A DNA stretch of 64,000 nt from contig RQSC01000630.1 in assembly GCA_013416795.1 (NCBI GenBank), forward strand, positions 165,742 to 229,741, given 5' to 3'. Below, piece after piece: positions 32,918-44,137 of the stretch. The stretch is from Prasinococcaceae sp. CCMP 1430 (taxonomy: Eukaryota; Plantae; Prasinodermophyta). Each line of letters opens with the position of its first letter. Positions within the stretch are counted from its first letter, which is position 1. A program made the translations under genes and the position numbers. Below the pieces are notes generated by a model that saw only the letters and a program-made list of their open reading frames with translations, did no database searches and was not told the DNA's origin.

Positions 32918-34534
32918 CCCCCTCGCTGCTGGCGCCGCCCGGGTCCGCCCCGTACGGCCCGCCCCGTACGGCCCGCCCCCGCTCCGCCCCCAAAACGCCC
33001 GATACTGCGGCGCCCACCCTGCACGGCTGCCGCGCCGCTCGGCGGCGCTGCGATCCTTCCCCCCTCCCCTCCCCCCCCCCCCTCTACACTCAGGCGCCCC
33101 CGCCCGCAGACGGTGTGGCGCGGCGGCGCGCCCGCCCGACCACGCATGATGCTGCAGCGTGCACGACAACGTGTTACGATTTTCTTTCATATGAACTTGC
33201 TCGTGCAGAGACGGTGTTTTGTGCTGTACGTGCCTGGCCATTTCTCTGCGGATGCGCATCGAAACGCACTGCGCGTCCGGGGGCTGCGCGGTGACAGGAT
33301 CCACCTCGCCTGGGTCGCGCCAGTTTATGGATGGGGCTTGCTCGCTGTGGCCGTACTTCCAAGTGGCTTTCATACGCACGCGGAGCTTCAAAAAGCTCGT
33401 CGTGGAGAGTGCGTAGTAATCTACCATCAGATGGTAGTGTCTGATGGTAGGTTGGGCAAACGACGGTGCACACGCTGCATGGCGTGGAACCGTGCATTTA
33501 TTTTTCGGTCGCGACGCGCCGGGCTTGGCAAGGCGAAGTGACGAGCAGAGTTCGCCAGCATTGCGTTGGATTTGGCCAGCGGAGCTCCCGCGACCACGCG
33601 CGCGCCGCCCGCTCGCGAGCGCGCGGTCACCGCGCAGCGCTCGCGAGCCTTATCATACAGGGGAACGGGAACATTCCGAATGCCGCTTTGCGATTCTGCG
33701 ACGTGCTGGCCGCTCGCACTCGTCGGTCGGATTCGGATTTTGTTGGGCGCGGTCCGCGAAACGCCCCATCGCACCGCACCCGGCGCGCAGCGGAAAAGGA
33801 AACGGGGAAACGGCCCCGAAAAAAAAAAACGGAAGACGCACCATCGCGCCGGGCGTGACGTGACGGACCGGACAGGCGAGGGCATTTTAGATTCGCGCGA
33901 ATTGTGTATGGTTTATTTTTGTAAAATAAAATACTTGAATAAAACTGCGGCCGGCGGGTGGGTCGGTCGGTTCCCCCAGCCGGCGAGAACGGTTCCCCCG
34001 GACCTGTCTTTCCGACCGGCCGACGGAGGCAAGCAAGCGGCCGCGGCGGCCCCCTGCCTGCAGGAGCGGCGGCGGGCCACGGCGCGGAGCAGCGTTCCCC
34101 GCCCAGCTGGACGCGTACGAATTCGGCGCGCGCCAGCGAGGCAGGAAGGGGCAACAGTCAGGGCTCGCCTGTGGTCCCACCGCCAGCCAGAGCGGGTGTG
34201 CGCACGCGCAGGCAAGTGGGCGCGCAGGGTGCGTGCGACAGGGTGGGCAGGGCGGTACGACGAGAGGAGGCGGGTGCGTCACAAAGGCTCGACCAAGCGC
34301 GACAGCCAGGTCGGAACAGTCAAAGGTTGGACCGGCGTTGCCGCGCGCGCCAGGGGGCGCGCGAAAGACTGCGTGCGTCCCGCAGCGGGACGCTCGCGGC
34401 GCACGCAGGCGCGCGCGCGCTCGCGCTCGCGCGCCTGCGCCAGCGCGCGGGGGCAGCAGCCCCTCTCGGGCCAGCGCCATCTTGGAGTGTAGAGCGCTGG
34501 CGCGGCAAGGGTCGCTGCACGCGCAGGCGCCGCG

Positions 34535-36151
34535 ATGGCATCTACCGCCGACTTCGTGTCCGAGCTCGTGCTCGCGAAGCAGGCTTGCCGCGGCGAATTC
34601 ACGCTCGAGCAGATCGCGCAGTCAAGGCGCGAGGACCTGCCGCCGCCCGCCAACAAGGGCACGCACCGCGCGGTAGCTGCGCTGCTGTCGCCGCGCAGCA
34701 TCGAAGCATGCCTGCGCGAGGGTGTCAACCCGGTTTCGCTGCTCAAGCGGGACGTGAGCTCGTTCGCCGGGCCGGGCGTGGGCCCCGCCGAGCAGAAGCT
34801 GCGAGCGGACATGTACGAGGAGCTGCGCACCGAGTCGCTGCGTGCGGTGACCGAGTCGCGTGCGGCTTTGCCGGCACCCGCGCGGTCGTCCGGACCGGGC
34901 TCGTCTACGCTTGGCGAGCCCTCGGGCCAGATGACGGCAGGGCCCCGGTCGTCGTCACCCGAGCAGCATGCGGAAATGTTCGAGAACGAGGAGCGCGCCC
35001 TGCAGGTCATGAAGCGCCGCCAGGCGCGCGAGATGGAGACCCTGCTCCGCGCGGAGGAGACGCGCGCGGAGATGGAGGAGATGCAGACGGCGAAAGTCAA
35101 GCGCGAGCAGCGGCGCGCCTTGGAGTTGAAGCGGCGCCAAGAGAGAAAGGAGGCCGAGTGGCGCGCCAGCCAGCAGAAACTCGCACTGCAGCGCAAGGCC
35201 AAGGAGGAGGCCGCCGAGCTTGCAGCGCGCGCGGAGGCCAACAAGCGCCACGAGGAGGAGGCAAAGTTGGTCGTCGCGCGCAAGGCGAAGGAACGCAAGG
35301 CGCAGCGCGCGCGCTTCCTGAAGGGCCAAGAGGAAGCCGCTCGTGCCGCGAAGTTCCGCGCGCAGACGGAGCGCTTCATCGAGATGCAGATCCAAGAGCT
35401 GGAGCAGAAGTCGAAGCAGATAGCTATCCGAGATGCGGAGCGACGCGCGGCGCTCGAGGAGCAGCGCAAGAAGCGCGTGAGAAAGCAGATGGCTGAGCGT
35501 CAGCGCGCGTTGCGCCGGCAGCAAAAAGCGCGTGAGGCAGCCCAATATGTGCTCGTGAAGCGCCGCGCAGTGTTCAGCGCGCAGCAGGACGCGCTCAAGA
35601 AGCGGTTGGACGACCTGGAGCGCAAGCGTGCCGCGGACGAGGTGCGGATGCGGCTGGAGGCGGAGCGCAACGCGGAGCGGCGGATGGCGGCCATTGCGGA
35701 GGCCAAACGCGAGGAGGAGAAGCGCATCGAGGCCATTGTCGCCAAGAAGAGTCGACAAGACGAGCGCCTCGCGGCAGCGTACGACAAGCGCAAGTTCGAG
35801 GCCGCCCAGAAAAACGCGCAGCGCGCCATCAAGCAGTCGCTGCGAACTTCGAAGGTGGAGGCGATGCAGCGCGCTTCCGAGTACAAGCGCGCCATGCTGC
35901 GCTCTCGCCTGCAGGAGCAAGAGCAGCGCGTTGACGACATGCTCGAGCAGCGCTTTGCCATGCAAAACAGGCGGCGCCTGCAGAACCAGCAGGCTGACAT
36001 GCAGAAGGCCAAGATGCGCGATCTGCTCGACCGCCTGCAGTCCACTAATATCACGTGGTCGGACCTCTCGCAGACCACCGGCGGGGACATGTCCATGGAG
36101 GCGCTCGAGAGGGCCGTCACCAAGAAGAAGGGCAGCGCAGGGACGCTGTAG
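34535..36151 (+). CDS. Long Glu/Arg/Lys-rich coiled-coil protein with an SPRSxEAC motif
   Basis: 538-aa ORF with an ATG; LLSPRSIEACLREGVNPVSLL followed by a long stretch of charged helix. Confidence 0.8.
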   Translation: MASTADFVSELVLAKQACRGEFTLEQIAQSRREDLPPPANKGTHRAVAALLSPRSIEACLREGVNPVSLLKRDVSSFAGPGVGPAEQKLRADMYEELRTESLRAVTESRAALPAPARSSGPGSSTLGEPSGQMTAGPRSSSPEQHAEMFENEERALQVMKRRQAREMETLLRAEETRAEMEEMQTAKVKREQRRALELKRRQERKEAEWRASQQKLALQRKAKEEAAELAARAEANKRHEEEAKLVVARKAKERKAQRARFLKGQEEAARAAKFRAQTERFIEMQIQELEQKSKQIAIRDAERRAALEEQRKKRVRKQMAERQRALRRQQKAREAAQYVLVKRRAVFSAQQDALKKRLDDLERKRAADEVRMRLEAERNAERRMAAIAEAKREEEKRIEAIVAKKSRQDERLAAAYDKRKFEAAQKNAQRAIKQSLRTSKVEAMQRASEYKRAMLRSRLQEQEQRVDDMLEQRFAMQNRRRLQNQQADMQKAKMRDLLDRLQSTNITWSDLSQTTGGDMSMEALERAVTKKKGSAGTL

Positions 36152-36415
36152 GACGCCATCTGGCGAAACCGCGCATGGGATGCAAGCTGGGGATATGACG
36201 GCACTGGCGAGGACGCTAGCTGGAGCGCGTCCGAGACACGCAACCACCGAGCGCCTCTGCGGATGCGGAGGAGAGCGGGGTGTGGGCCTGCGAGGCGTAT
36301 AGTACGTGTGCAAACAGCCCGCCACAGTTTGCTCCCTGCCGAGCCCGAGTACAAAGCCAGCTCTAGTGCACCATGTTTAGAGCGCAAAAAGCTACGTGCG
36401 TGCCCGCAGGCGCCG

Positions 36416-38242
36416 CTATCCACGCCCCACGAAGGCCGCTTTGGCCTCATCCAGCTCATTTGGCTCCCTCAAATTGATAAGGTCCTCGGCGCGGGCGAGC
36501 CTTTGAAGCCTGTGCAGCAGCATGTACACGAAGCAGTGCACGAACAGCGCGTAGAGCACGACCCAGAGGCGCAGGAGGGGGTTCTGCGAGAGCACGCGCC
36601 CGAAGGTGATTGCCCCCCTATCGAGCACGCGCGCGGCCGTCTGCACCTGCGGCCCGATGGCTGGCGCCCGTCCAATCTGTTCGTACACGCCGCCGCCGTG
36701 CGCATCGAGCGAGCTCACGGCGGAGCTCGCCTGCGACTCGGCCTGCGCGCGAATGCGCGCAACGCGCTCGGCCTCGTCACGAGCAGCGGCAATCTCGGCA
36801 GCCATGCGACGCTCCAGCGAGGACTTGTCGCTCTGGGCGCGCTCTAGGGCCGTCTGTTTGGCGTACAGCAGCTCAGTAAGCTCGGCGAAGCGGCGCTGCA
36901 TGCTCTCTGCGCCACCTCCCTCGCTTTGGAGCGAGGCAGGCGCCGGCGCGGACGCGGGCATCGCTTCTTTCTGCCGTCGCTCCAGCGCAAGGGCATCCCG
37001 CATGGCATCGACCTCCGCGCGAGCGGCCTCGAGCTCGAGCTTGGCATCTGCGAGCTGCTGCTGCTGGGCGTTGGCGGCGCCGTCGTTCTGCGCACGAACC
37101 GCAGCTTCGCGCGCGAGAGCCGCCTCTGCCGCCTCGCTCTGCTCAACGAGAGCTGTGTTCTCAGCCTCGAGGATTGCTGCCTTGCTCTCGGCATCAGTGG
37201 CGCGTTTTTGAGCGTCCACGGCGGTAATCGAAGCGCGCGTGGCCTCGGCACGCGTGGCCGACAATGCCGCGTCGAGCGAGCGTATGCGTCCCGCCGCCTC
37301 CTCGCGGGCAGCAGCCGCCTCCTTACGCTCTTCCGCGAGGGCGCGCTCGCGGGCGGCAAGGTCGGCCCGCAGCGACGTTAAAAGCCCCGCCGGCGCAGAA
37401 ACATCCAACGCATCCGGGCCCCCAGGCTGCTGCGGCCGCTCGTCGCCGGCGTCCGCGCCTCCTGGGACGGAGCCTGTGTCAGGCGCCTGCGCTCCTGCGG
37501 CCTTGGCCTCCGCCAGCCTCGTCTCAGCGGCAGCGGCAGCGCGCTCGGCATCGCCGAGGCGAGCGAGGAGTGTATCGCGCTCTTTGGCAAGCTTTCCCGC
37601 TTGCGACTTCGCCTGCGCGGCGAGCGCGGTGGCCTGGGCTTGCGCGCCTACGAGCTCTGTCTTGGCGGCCGCAGCTTCTTTCGACGCAGTGTTTCGCGCC
37701 AGTTGGTGCTCCGCGCACATACGCTCGAGTGCCTCCACCTCAGCCTGGGACTCGGACAGTTTGTCACCAAGCGAGTCGCACAGACGCTGTAGCCTCGCCT
37801 CCCGCGACGAGCCTTCCGAGGAAGCACCCCCATCGTGATAGTCGGCGGGTGCGTCTGCGGCATCGCGCCCGCCCGCTGCGGCGCGCGCCCCATCTGCATG
37901 TGTCGCCTCCGGCAGCCGTCTGGACTCGACGGGCCTCGCCTTTCGCCGCTGTGACGCTTTCGCGCCACTTGTTGCGGCGGATGCCGCAGCAATGGCCTCG
38001 GCCGCTGCCGCTGCTGCGTCGGAGGTTGACCCGGCACCGCCCGGGCCGGTGGCTTGCTCGCCAGCGCCGCCCCCCACCGCGCGCGTTGCGTCTGCTCTTG
38101 CCGCGGTGCCTGAGTTCTCACCAGCTGCGTCGTCCACGTGCGGCTGGGAGCCCACGACCACCGACACGTTGTGCGCCGCGCGGTCGGCCCTCTCAATGAG
38201 CGACTCGGCCTTGTGGAGCTGCGACTGCAACCACGATGCCAT
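36416..38242 (-). CDS. Golgin-84-like tail-anchored golgin
   Basis: N-terminal MASWLQSQLHKAESLIERAD, long coiled coil, C-terminal TM PLLRLWVVLYALFVHCFVYMLLHRLQ. Confidence 0.88.
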   Translation of the reverse strand: MASWLQSQLHKAESLIERADRAAHNVSVVVGSQPHVDDAAGENSGTAARADATRAVGGGAGEQATGPGGAGSTSDAAAAAAEAIAAASAATSGAKASQRRKARPVESRRLPEATHADGARAAAGGRDAADAPADYHDGGASSEGSSREARLQRLCDSLGDKLSESQAEVEALERMCAEHQLARNTASKEAAAAKTELVGAQAQATALAAQAKSQAGKLAKERDTLLARLGDAERAAAAAETRLAEAKAAGAQAPDTGSVPGGADAGDERPQQPGGPDALDVSAPAGLLTSLRADLAARERALAEERKEAAAAREEAAGRIRSLDAALSATRAEATRASITAVDAQKRATDAESKAAILEAENTALVEQSEAAEAALAREAAVRAQNDGAANAQQQQLADAKLELEAARAEVDAMRDALALERRQKEAMPASAPAPASLQSEGGGAESMQRRFAELTELLYAKQTALERAQSDKSSLERRMAAEIAAARDEAERVARIRAQAESQASSAVSSLDAHGGGVYEQIGRAPAIGPQVQTAARVLDRGAITFGRVLSQNPLLRLWVVLYALFVHCFVYMLLHRLQRLARAEDLINLREPNELDEAKAAFVGRG

Positions 38243-38654
38243 GGAGCGGCCCCACGGGCCCCACGAGCAGGCCACAGTCCCGCTCCTCCTCGGCCTGGGT
38301 GCCGCCGGCGCGCGGCGGCCACGGCCGCGGCCGCGGCAATGCGGCGCGGGGAAGGCCCCTCACGGCCCTTTCGATCCGCGCGCGTGGGGGATCGCGGCCC
38401 TGGTGCCACCCTCGCAACGTGCGGTGTGGCGCACGTCCCCACCACCCCCACCCGACCCCCCGTGCTGGCGTCGCTGACGCTGCTGCTCCTCTTTTTTCCT
38501 GTCCACCTTTTCGCGGCGATTTGAAGCAAGCTGATTTGCAGAGCACAATCCCACGGAAAGAAAGGAAAAGAAAAAGCGCGTGGCGGGGCCTTCAGAGCAG
38601 GTAAGGTACATACATCAAGAGTCTTAAAATTCCGTTGACGCACTCTGACGCGCC

Positions 38655-41600
38655 CTACGGCGAGCCACGAGGGCTGCGGGCGCTGATGACCGCTTCAAGC
38701 TCGGCGATGATCCTATCAATGGCCGCTGCGCCGACCTCGTCATTGTCAGACTTGGCGGCCACTGCGGCAGCGCGCCTGCACACCTCGAGCGCCGCACGTG
38801 CATCGGCCCATGCCGCCTCTCGCACCGCCGCGCTTGACTCTGTGCCGTCTTCAGCCGTCGTCTCTATTGCCACTGCAGAGTTCACTGCACCCACGGTGGC
38901 CTCGACGCTCCGCAGCAGCACAACGTTGACGGTCGACGCGTCGAGCTGGGGCGGCGGCGACGGTGCAGGTGACGAGGCCGCCGGTTGTCCAAACGCGCGT
39001 CGCTGCTGCTCTGGCAGAGGCGGCGACGCCTGCGTTTCCTGCGCCAGCGCCTCTGGCGACAACGATGGCGCAAGCTGTCGCAGCAACGCTAGTTCCTGCT
39101 TGGCCTGAAGCAGTTGCAGCTCGATGACCTTTTCCTGCTCCCTCGAAGGGCTGGAAGCGCTATCGACGCCCGCCGAGGGTTGCACGGCTGCGTCTTCCGC
39201 GGCATCCTCTGTTGGCGGCGCCCCACCAGCCGTTTGGGCGCTCGCAATGGGTGACCCCGCGCGCTTGAGCGCATCTCTTTCACGTGTCACTGCCGAGAGC
39301 TTCTGTTGCAACTCCTCCATTTCTTTCGCCAAACGCGCCCCCGTTTTGAGGCTCTCCTTCGCAGCGTCCAGATCGCGCAGAGCCGCCTCGGTGGTCGCGC
39401 GCGCTTCGGCCTCAGCCTTGGCAACGAGCGCCTCCGCGCGCTCCTCCGCAGCGCGCACCTCAGCCACAGCCTCGGCCTCGAACGAGGCCAGATCATCCTC
39501 GAGGCGCTCGAGCTCTGCCTGCTGCTCCACTGCGAGCCGGGTCGTGCCCGCTGCGGCGGCGAGTCCCTGCTTAGCCGAGAAGAGTCTCGCCTCAAGTTCG
39601 GTCACACGTGCCTCCGCTGCGAGCGCCCGTGAGCTCTCCGCGCGCCCATCGGCCCGCGCGCGCTCCGCTGCCTCCGCTGCCTCCTCGACGCGCCGCTCGG
39701 CGTCGCGCAGCGCTTCATCAAGCTGCTCTGCGCGCGCGACGGCCGCGTCGGCCCGCGCTTCTGCCTCTGCTGCACGCTCACCCGACGTCGCGACTGACGC
39801 AGCGCTGGCCGCTTCTACCTTGGCTGCCATGGCGGCGCTCTCCTCCGCGGTGGCCCGCACAGCAGCAAGCTCTCCGCTGACCTTGTCGATGCGGGCCTGC
39901 CATTGCGCGGCAGCGCGCTCCTTCCACTCCTCGAAGGCCACCGACGCGCTGTCCACCTCGCCCTTGAGCTGCTCCGCCTGCTCCTCGTAGTAGCTTGCAA
40001 GAGCGATAGCAGATTCCCTGGCGCGCTCGGAAGCAGCGGCATCCTTTTGGGCGTTGGAGGCCTCCGCGGCGGCAGCCTCTGCTGCGGCGGCAGCCGCGGC
40101 TGCACGCGTGACTGATGCCTGTGCCCGCTTGTCAGCGGCGCGCGCGGCCTTGGCCGCGGCCTTACACGCGCGCTCACTCTCAGCAGAAAGCGCCTGCGAC
40201 TTGAGAAGCTCGGCCTCGGTCGTCGCCAGGGCGGAGCAGGCCTCATCGCGTTGGGCCATCAAGGCCGCTGCCTTGGCATCGGCGGCATCGCGCTCCCTCT
40301 GCCCTGCAGCCTTTGCGGCACGCAGCGCTGCCGCCGCCGCGGAAATGGCCTCGTCGCGCTTGGCGACGTCCGCAAGCGCCTCGTCTCGACTCACCCGGGC
40401 CGTTGTCAGTAATGCCTTCGCGCGCCGTCGCAGCGTCTGATAGCGCCGCGTCACACGCGCCTCCCTTTCCTCGGTGTCTTCGAGCTTGTGCGCAAGGTCT
40501 CGCTGCTCCCGCGCCACTTGCTCCTGCACAGCGAGGGCGCGTTCCACCTCAGCGCGCGCGCGTTTCGCTGCAGCTTCGGACTCGAGCGCGCGCTGTTCGG
40601 CCGCCACGCGCGCGTGGAACTCTCTGCCACGGTCGAGCTCGGCGCGAGCAGCGCGCGACGCTGCCATCTCGGCCGCACGGGCGGAAGTCTGCTGCGCCTG
40701 CTGTGCCTCACGCATAGCCTCTTCGTTCGCCAGGCTACGGAGCTCCGCCTGCTGCGAGAGCTCAGTGACGTGTGAGAGCCTCCTAGTGAGCTCGCTGGCC
40801 TCGCCCACAGCTCTATCGCGCTCGGCGGCCGCAACCTTGGCGTCTCGAAGTGCGCGCGATGCCGTGTCCCGCAGACGTGGTAGTTCGACCGCACCCTGCA
40901 CGGCCACGGAGAGCTTAGCGCGCAGCGTCGCGACCTCGGCCTGCGCAATCTTCAGCTCCTTCCCCGCTGCACGCGCCTCCTCACGCGCACTCTCGAGGAG
41001 CGAGGAAGCGGAAGCAGCTGCACTGGCAGTAGCAGCGGCGGATCGCCGCTCGAGCTCCGCCACGCGCCCCTTGCTCGCCGCGGCGGCAGCCTGCGCGCGC
41101 TTGAGGGCGACCACGGCCGCGGAGTGCTGCTCGCGCCACCGCTTGGCCTCTTGCTCGGCCGACGCCGCGCGCTCGCCGGCGGCCTTGCCGGCGGCCTCGG
41201 CAGCCTTGCCGCGCTCACGCGCTGTCGCTGCGGCCGATTTCGCAGCGCGCGCCTCGCGCTCCGTCGCCGCCGCCCGTCCGCGCCAACGCTCCACGTCGGC
41301 GCTCACAACGCCAAGGCGCGCGGTGGCGCCCGCGAGCGCCGCCTCGAGCTGGGATTGCTCCATCTGCGACGAGTCGGCGCGAGGCTTCGAGCCACTTGAT
41401 GGCATCGGCGACGCGCCCGCGAGGACCATCGCAGTTGCGCTCGCGTGCTTCGCAGCCGCACTGCCGGCACTTGAGACTTCGATGCCGCGACGGCGGAGCA
41501 GCGCACGCGGTGCATCGTAGTAGAGGACGTCCACCACGCGACTGAGGCGATCCGAGACGGTCGTGAACGGGACCTCCTCGCGCGCGTCGCTGGCGCGGGC

Positions 41601-42683
41601 GGTGGCAGTAGCGTTGGGGGCATCCTCTTGCTCCCCGTCGCGCGCACGACCTCCTCTCGTGGCTTTGCCGCCGCTCGCAAGCAGTACCTGGCGCTCGAAC
41701 GCCGCCTTCGCCGCACGCCTCGAAAGGGCTGCTCCTGCCGCAACTGTCGTCGCAGCGACAACCGCTCCCGCGAGGCCGAGTGAGGGTCCCGATGCACTGG
41801 CGGTAGAGGTTGCCCGTGGAGATTGGGCGGGAGTGGGCAGCGCCGAGCCCTCGGCCGCCGCAGGCACCAGTGCAGCGTTCTGCGCACCCATCACCGCCAG
41901 AGAGTGCGTCGCTGCGGCTACCGAGGGCGGGCCAGCGGCAACATGGGCCGCGGTCCCTTCGGCCTGGGACTGGGTCTCGGCTTCCGCCTTGGCAGCATGG
42001 ACGGCACTCCCTTCGGTCTGGGCCTCGGCCTCCCCCTCGGCGGCCTGGGCGGCCGTCCTCTGGGGCTGGACCTGGACGTCCGCCTCGGTCCCTTGCGCCG
42101 CGGCCTTGGCCTCCTCCGCTTTTCGCGCGCGCTCCTCGCGCCTGGCTTCTCGCCTGAGCTTCCGCCGTTGCCTCCACCCCAACTTGACCGTGGTGCCCTC
42201 GCCACTGACTGTAGCAGCCGCGGCCGTGCTCGCGCCCACGTCTTCGGCAGCATCCGCGCGCGGGGCGGCGGCTGCGCTGGCGCTATTCCCGCGCTCGCTG
42301 CCTCCATCTGTGCCCGTGCGAGCGCCGGCGGCGCTCTCGAGCGAGACGGCGGAGCTGGCAGGCAGCAATTCACGGCCCGCATCGGAACCTGCCGCATCAA
42401 GCGCGCCGGGCTGCGCTGCCTGCACCGCCTCGGGAGCAGCGGGCGCCGGCTGAGCAACGGCGGCGGTCGCCGCATCGGCCGGCGCGGCAGCAGGCGACGC
42501 GGCAGCGCCGGCGCGCGCTCTGGCGCCCGCGGCAATGCGCCGCAGCGCGCGCACTTCGCAGCCCGCACCGCGCCGTTTTCCCGCCCACCCGCGGGGGCAA
42601 ACCAAATGCAAATGACGGCCACGCGCTGCGTCGCCCGCCCTCAAAATAATATCCCGCCGGGCGCGCACGAGACCTCCGAACAA
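38655..42683 (-). CDS. Large Ala/Glu/Arg-rich coiled-coil hypothetical protein (start uncertain)
   Basis: 1342-codon ORF that lacks an in-frame 5' ATG; hydrophobic segment LGLAGAVVAATTVAAGAAL; about 800 aa of coiled coil. Confidence 0.75.
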   Translation of the reverse strand: MFGGLVRARRDIILRAGDAARGRHLHLVCPRGWAGKRRGAGCEVRALRRIAAGARARAGAAASPAAAPADAATAAVAQPAPAAPEAVQAAQPGALDAAGSDAGRELLPASSAVSLESAAGARTGTDGGSERGNSASAAAAPRADAAEDVGASTAAAATVSGEGTTVKLGWRQRRKLRREARREERARKAEEAKAAAQGTEADVQVQPQRTAAQAAEGEAEAQTEGSAVHAAKAEAETQSQAEGTAAHVAAGPPSVAAATHSLAVMGAQNAALVPAAAEGSALPTPAQSPRATSTASASGPSLGLAGAVVAATTVAAGAALSRRAAKAAFERQVLLASGGKATRGGRARDGEQEDAPNATATARASDAREEVPFTTVSDRLSRVVDVLYYDAPRALLRRRGIEVSSAGSAAAKHASATAMVLAGASPMPSSGSKPRADSSQMEQSQLEAALAGATARLGVVSADVERWRGRAAATEREARAAKSAAATARERGKAAEAAGKAAGERAASAEQEAKRWREQHSAAVVALKRAQAAAAASKGRVAELERRSAAATASAAASASSLLESAREEARAAGKELKIAQAEVATLRAKLSVAVQGAVELPRLRDTASRALRDAKVAAAERDRAVGEASELTRRLSHVTELSQQAELRSLANEEAMREAQQAQQTSARAAEMAASRAARAELDRGREFHARVAAEQRALESEAAAKRARAEVERALAVQEQVAREQRDLAHKLEDTEEREARVTRRYQTLRRRAKALLTTARVSRDEALADVAKRDEAISAAAAALRAAKAAGQRERDAADAKAAALMAQRDEACSALATTEAELLKSQALSAESERACKAAAKAARAADKRAQASVTRAAAAAAAAEAAAAEASNAQKDAAASERARESAIALASYYEEQAEQLKGEVDSASVAFEEWKERAAAQWQARIDKVSGELAAVRATAEESAAMAAKVEAASAASVATSGERAAEAEARADAAVARAEQLDEALRDAERRVEEAAEAAERARADGRAESSRALAAEARVTELEARLFSAKQGLAAAAGTTRLAVEQQAELERLEDDLASFEAEAVAEVRAAEERAEALVAKAEAEARATTEAALRDLDAAKESLKTGARLAKEMEELQQKLSAVTRERDALKRAGSPIASAQTAGGAPPTEDAAEDAAVQPSAGVDSASSPSREQEKVIELQLLQAKQELALLRQLAPSLSPEALAQETQASPPLPEQQRRAFGQPAASSPAPSPPPQLDASTVNVVLLRSVEATVGAVNSAVAIETTAEDGTESSAAVREAAWADARAALEVCRRAAAVAAKSDNDEVGAAAIDRIIAELEAVISARSPRGSP

Positions 42684-42947
42684 CCATTAAAAAACGCAGA
42701 ATGATCGGAATGCACTGCACCATCCGTAAAAAAAATCTCTCGTGGACCCTGCATCTGATCTGCTGGACAGTACGCACCCCAATGACCCGACCCGACCCTA
42801 ATGAACGCTGCGTAGTCCGATGGTCGATCTGTTCCCCCGTTCCCGGACCGGCAGCGGTGCGCGGGCTGGCGCGAGGGGGCGGCGCCGGCCGCGCCGCGCG
42901 GCCACACGGCGCGCGCGCGCCGCGCGCGCTCGGAGCGGCGGGCTGCC

Positions 42948-43919
42948 ATGAATAGCATGCTCAACTTCGTGGCCGAGCTCATGGGCGGCACGCCGGCGCC
43001 AAAGCTCGGCCCCGGCGGCAAGCCGCTGCGCGCAGAGGGGATGCTCACAAAGGTGGGATAGTAGTCACCAGTGCATGCGCACCGGGCCCCCTACGTACCC
43101 CTGCCCTCCCAAGGTTCGCCGGCTGCTGACCCCCTTGGGCCCGCCCGCCCGCGCATGCGCATCGCACACACGGTACTTAGGATGAGGCCCTGGAGTTCTT
43201 CCGCCTCGTCGAATCCGGCATGGACACGTCCGAGTACCGGACGGCGATGCGGTCGCTTGCCGAGAGCGGCCGCGACCCGGTGGATGCCATCGAAAAGCTG
43301 CAGACGGACTCCTTCGTGTCGATGGGAATAGACCCCAAGCACGGCGCGGCGTGCCTAGGCAAGTTGATCAAGGTGTATTCGGACGACAAGGTCGGACGCG
43401 TGCGCCTGTGCGCGCGAGCACGCTCGCGCGCCGCATGCACGAGCGCGCAATCGGAACCCTGCTGACCCTCGTGCGCTCCGTTGCGAGCGCGTGTCCCCCT
43501 GCCAGGCGTTTTGCGAGGCGGTATACGAACACGCGGCCAAGGAGGAGGCCGCATGCCAGCGGTCGGAGGCGTCAGAGGCACAGGCGATGCAAATGCGCGC
43601 GCAACAGGAGGCTATGTCACAGGCGTGGAACTGCATGAGCGAGGCCGACAGAAGAGCTCAAATGGAGCAACGGGCCATGGTCCGCGAGGCTCTCAGCAAG
43701 CTGACCCCGGAGCAGCAGCAGGCGATGATGATGCAGCAGCAGCAGGCTATGATGCAGCTCATGCAGCGCATCCAGGGGCTGCCGCCCGCACAGCAGCAAG
43801 CAGAGGTGATGGCCCACCAACAGGCACAGACAGCGTCGCTGCTGGGATCGCAGTCCGCCGCGCTGGCACATGCCGCGCCGACTGCGCAGACCGCCGCTCC
43901 CATGCAGCAGACCATGTGA
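42948..43919 (+). CDS. Hypothetical helical protein with a Gln/Met-rich tail; exons 42948-43052, 43181-43390, 43506-43919
   Basis: Three phase-0 exons join in frame with GT-AG sites and CTGAC branch points. Confidence 0.7.
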
Positions 43920-44137
43920 GAGAATCGACACAGAAACCGCACACGCCACGCGCGCACCCTCGGCGCTCGCGGATGCCACCCACGCCCTCGCGCGTCGTTA
44001 CGCGGCCGTCACGCCGTGATCATTACAAGTGTGGCCGCGACTCGCGACGGCCCGCGACGGCCGCGCGCGCGTCTCAGCGCTCGCACGGTCGCTTCGTCCG
44101 GGCGCGAATCCGCTAGCGATCGTTGAGCCTGGGCGGC

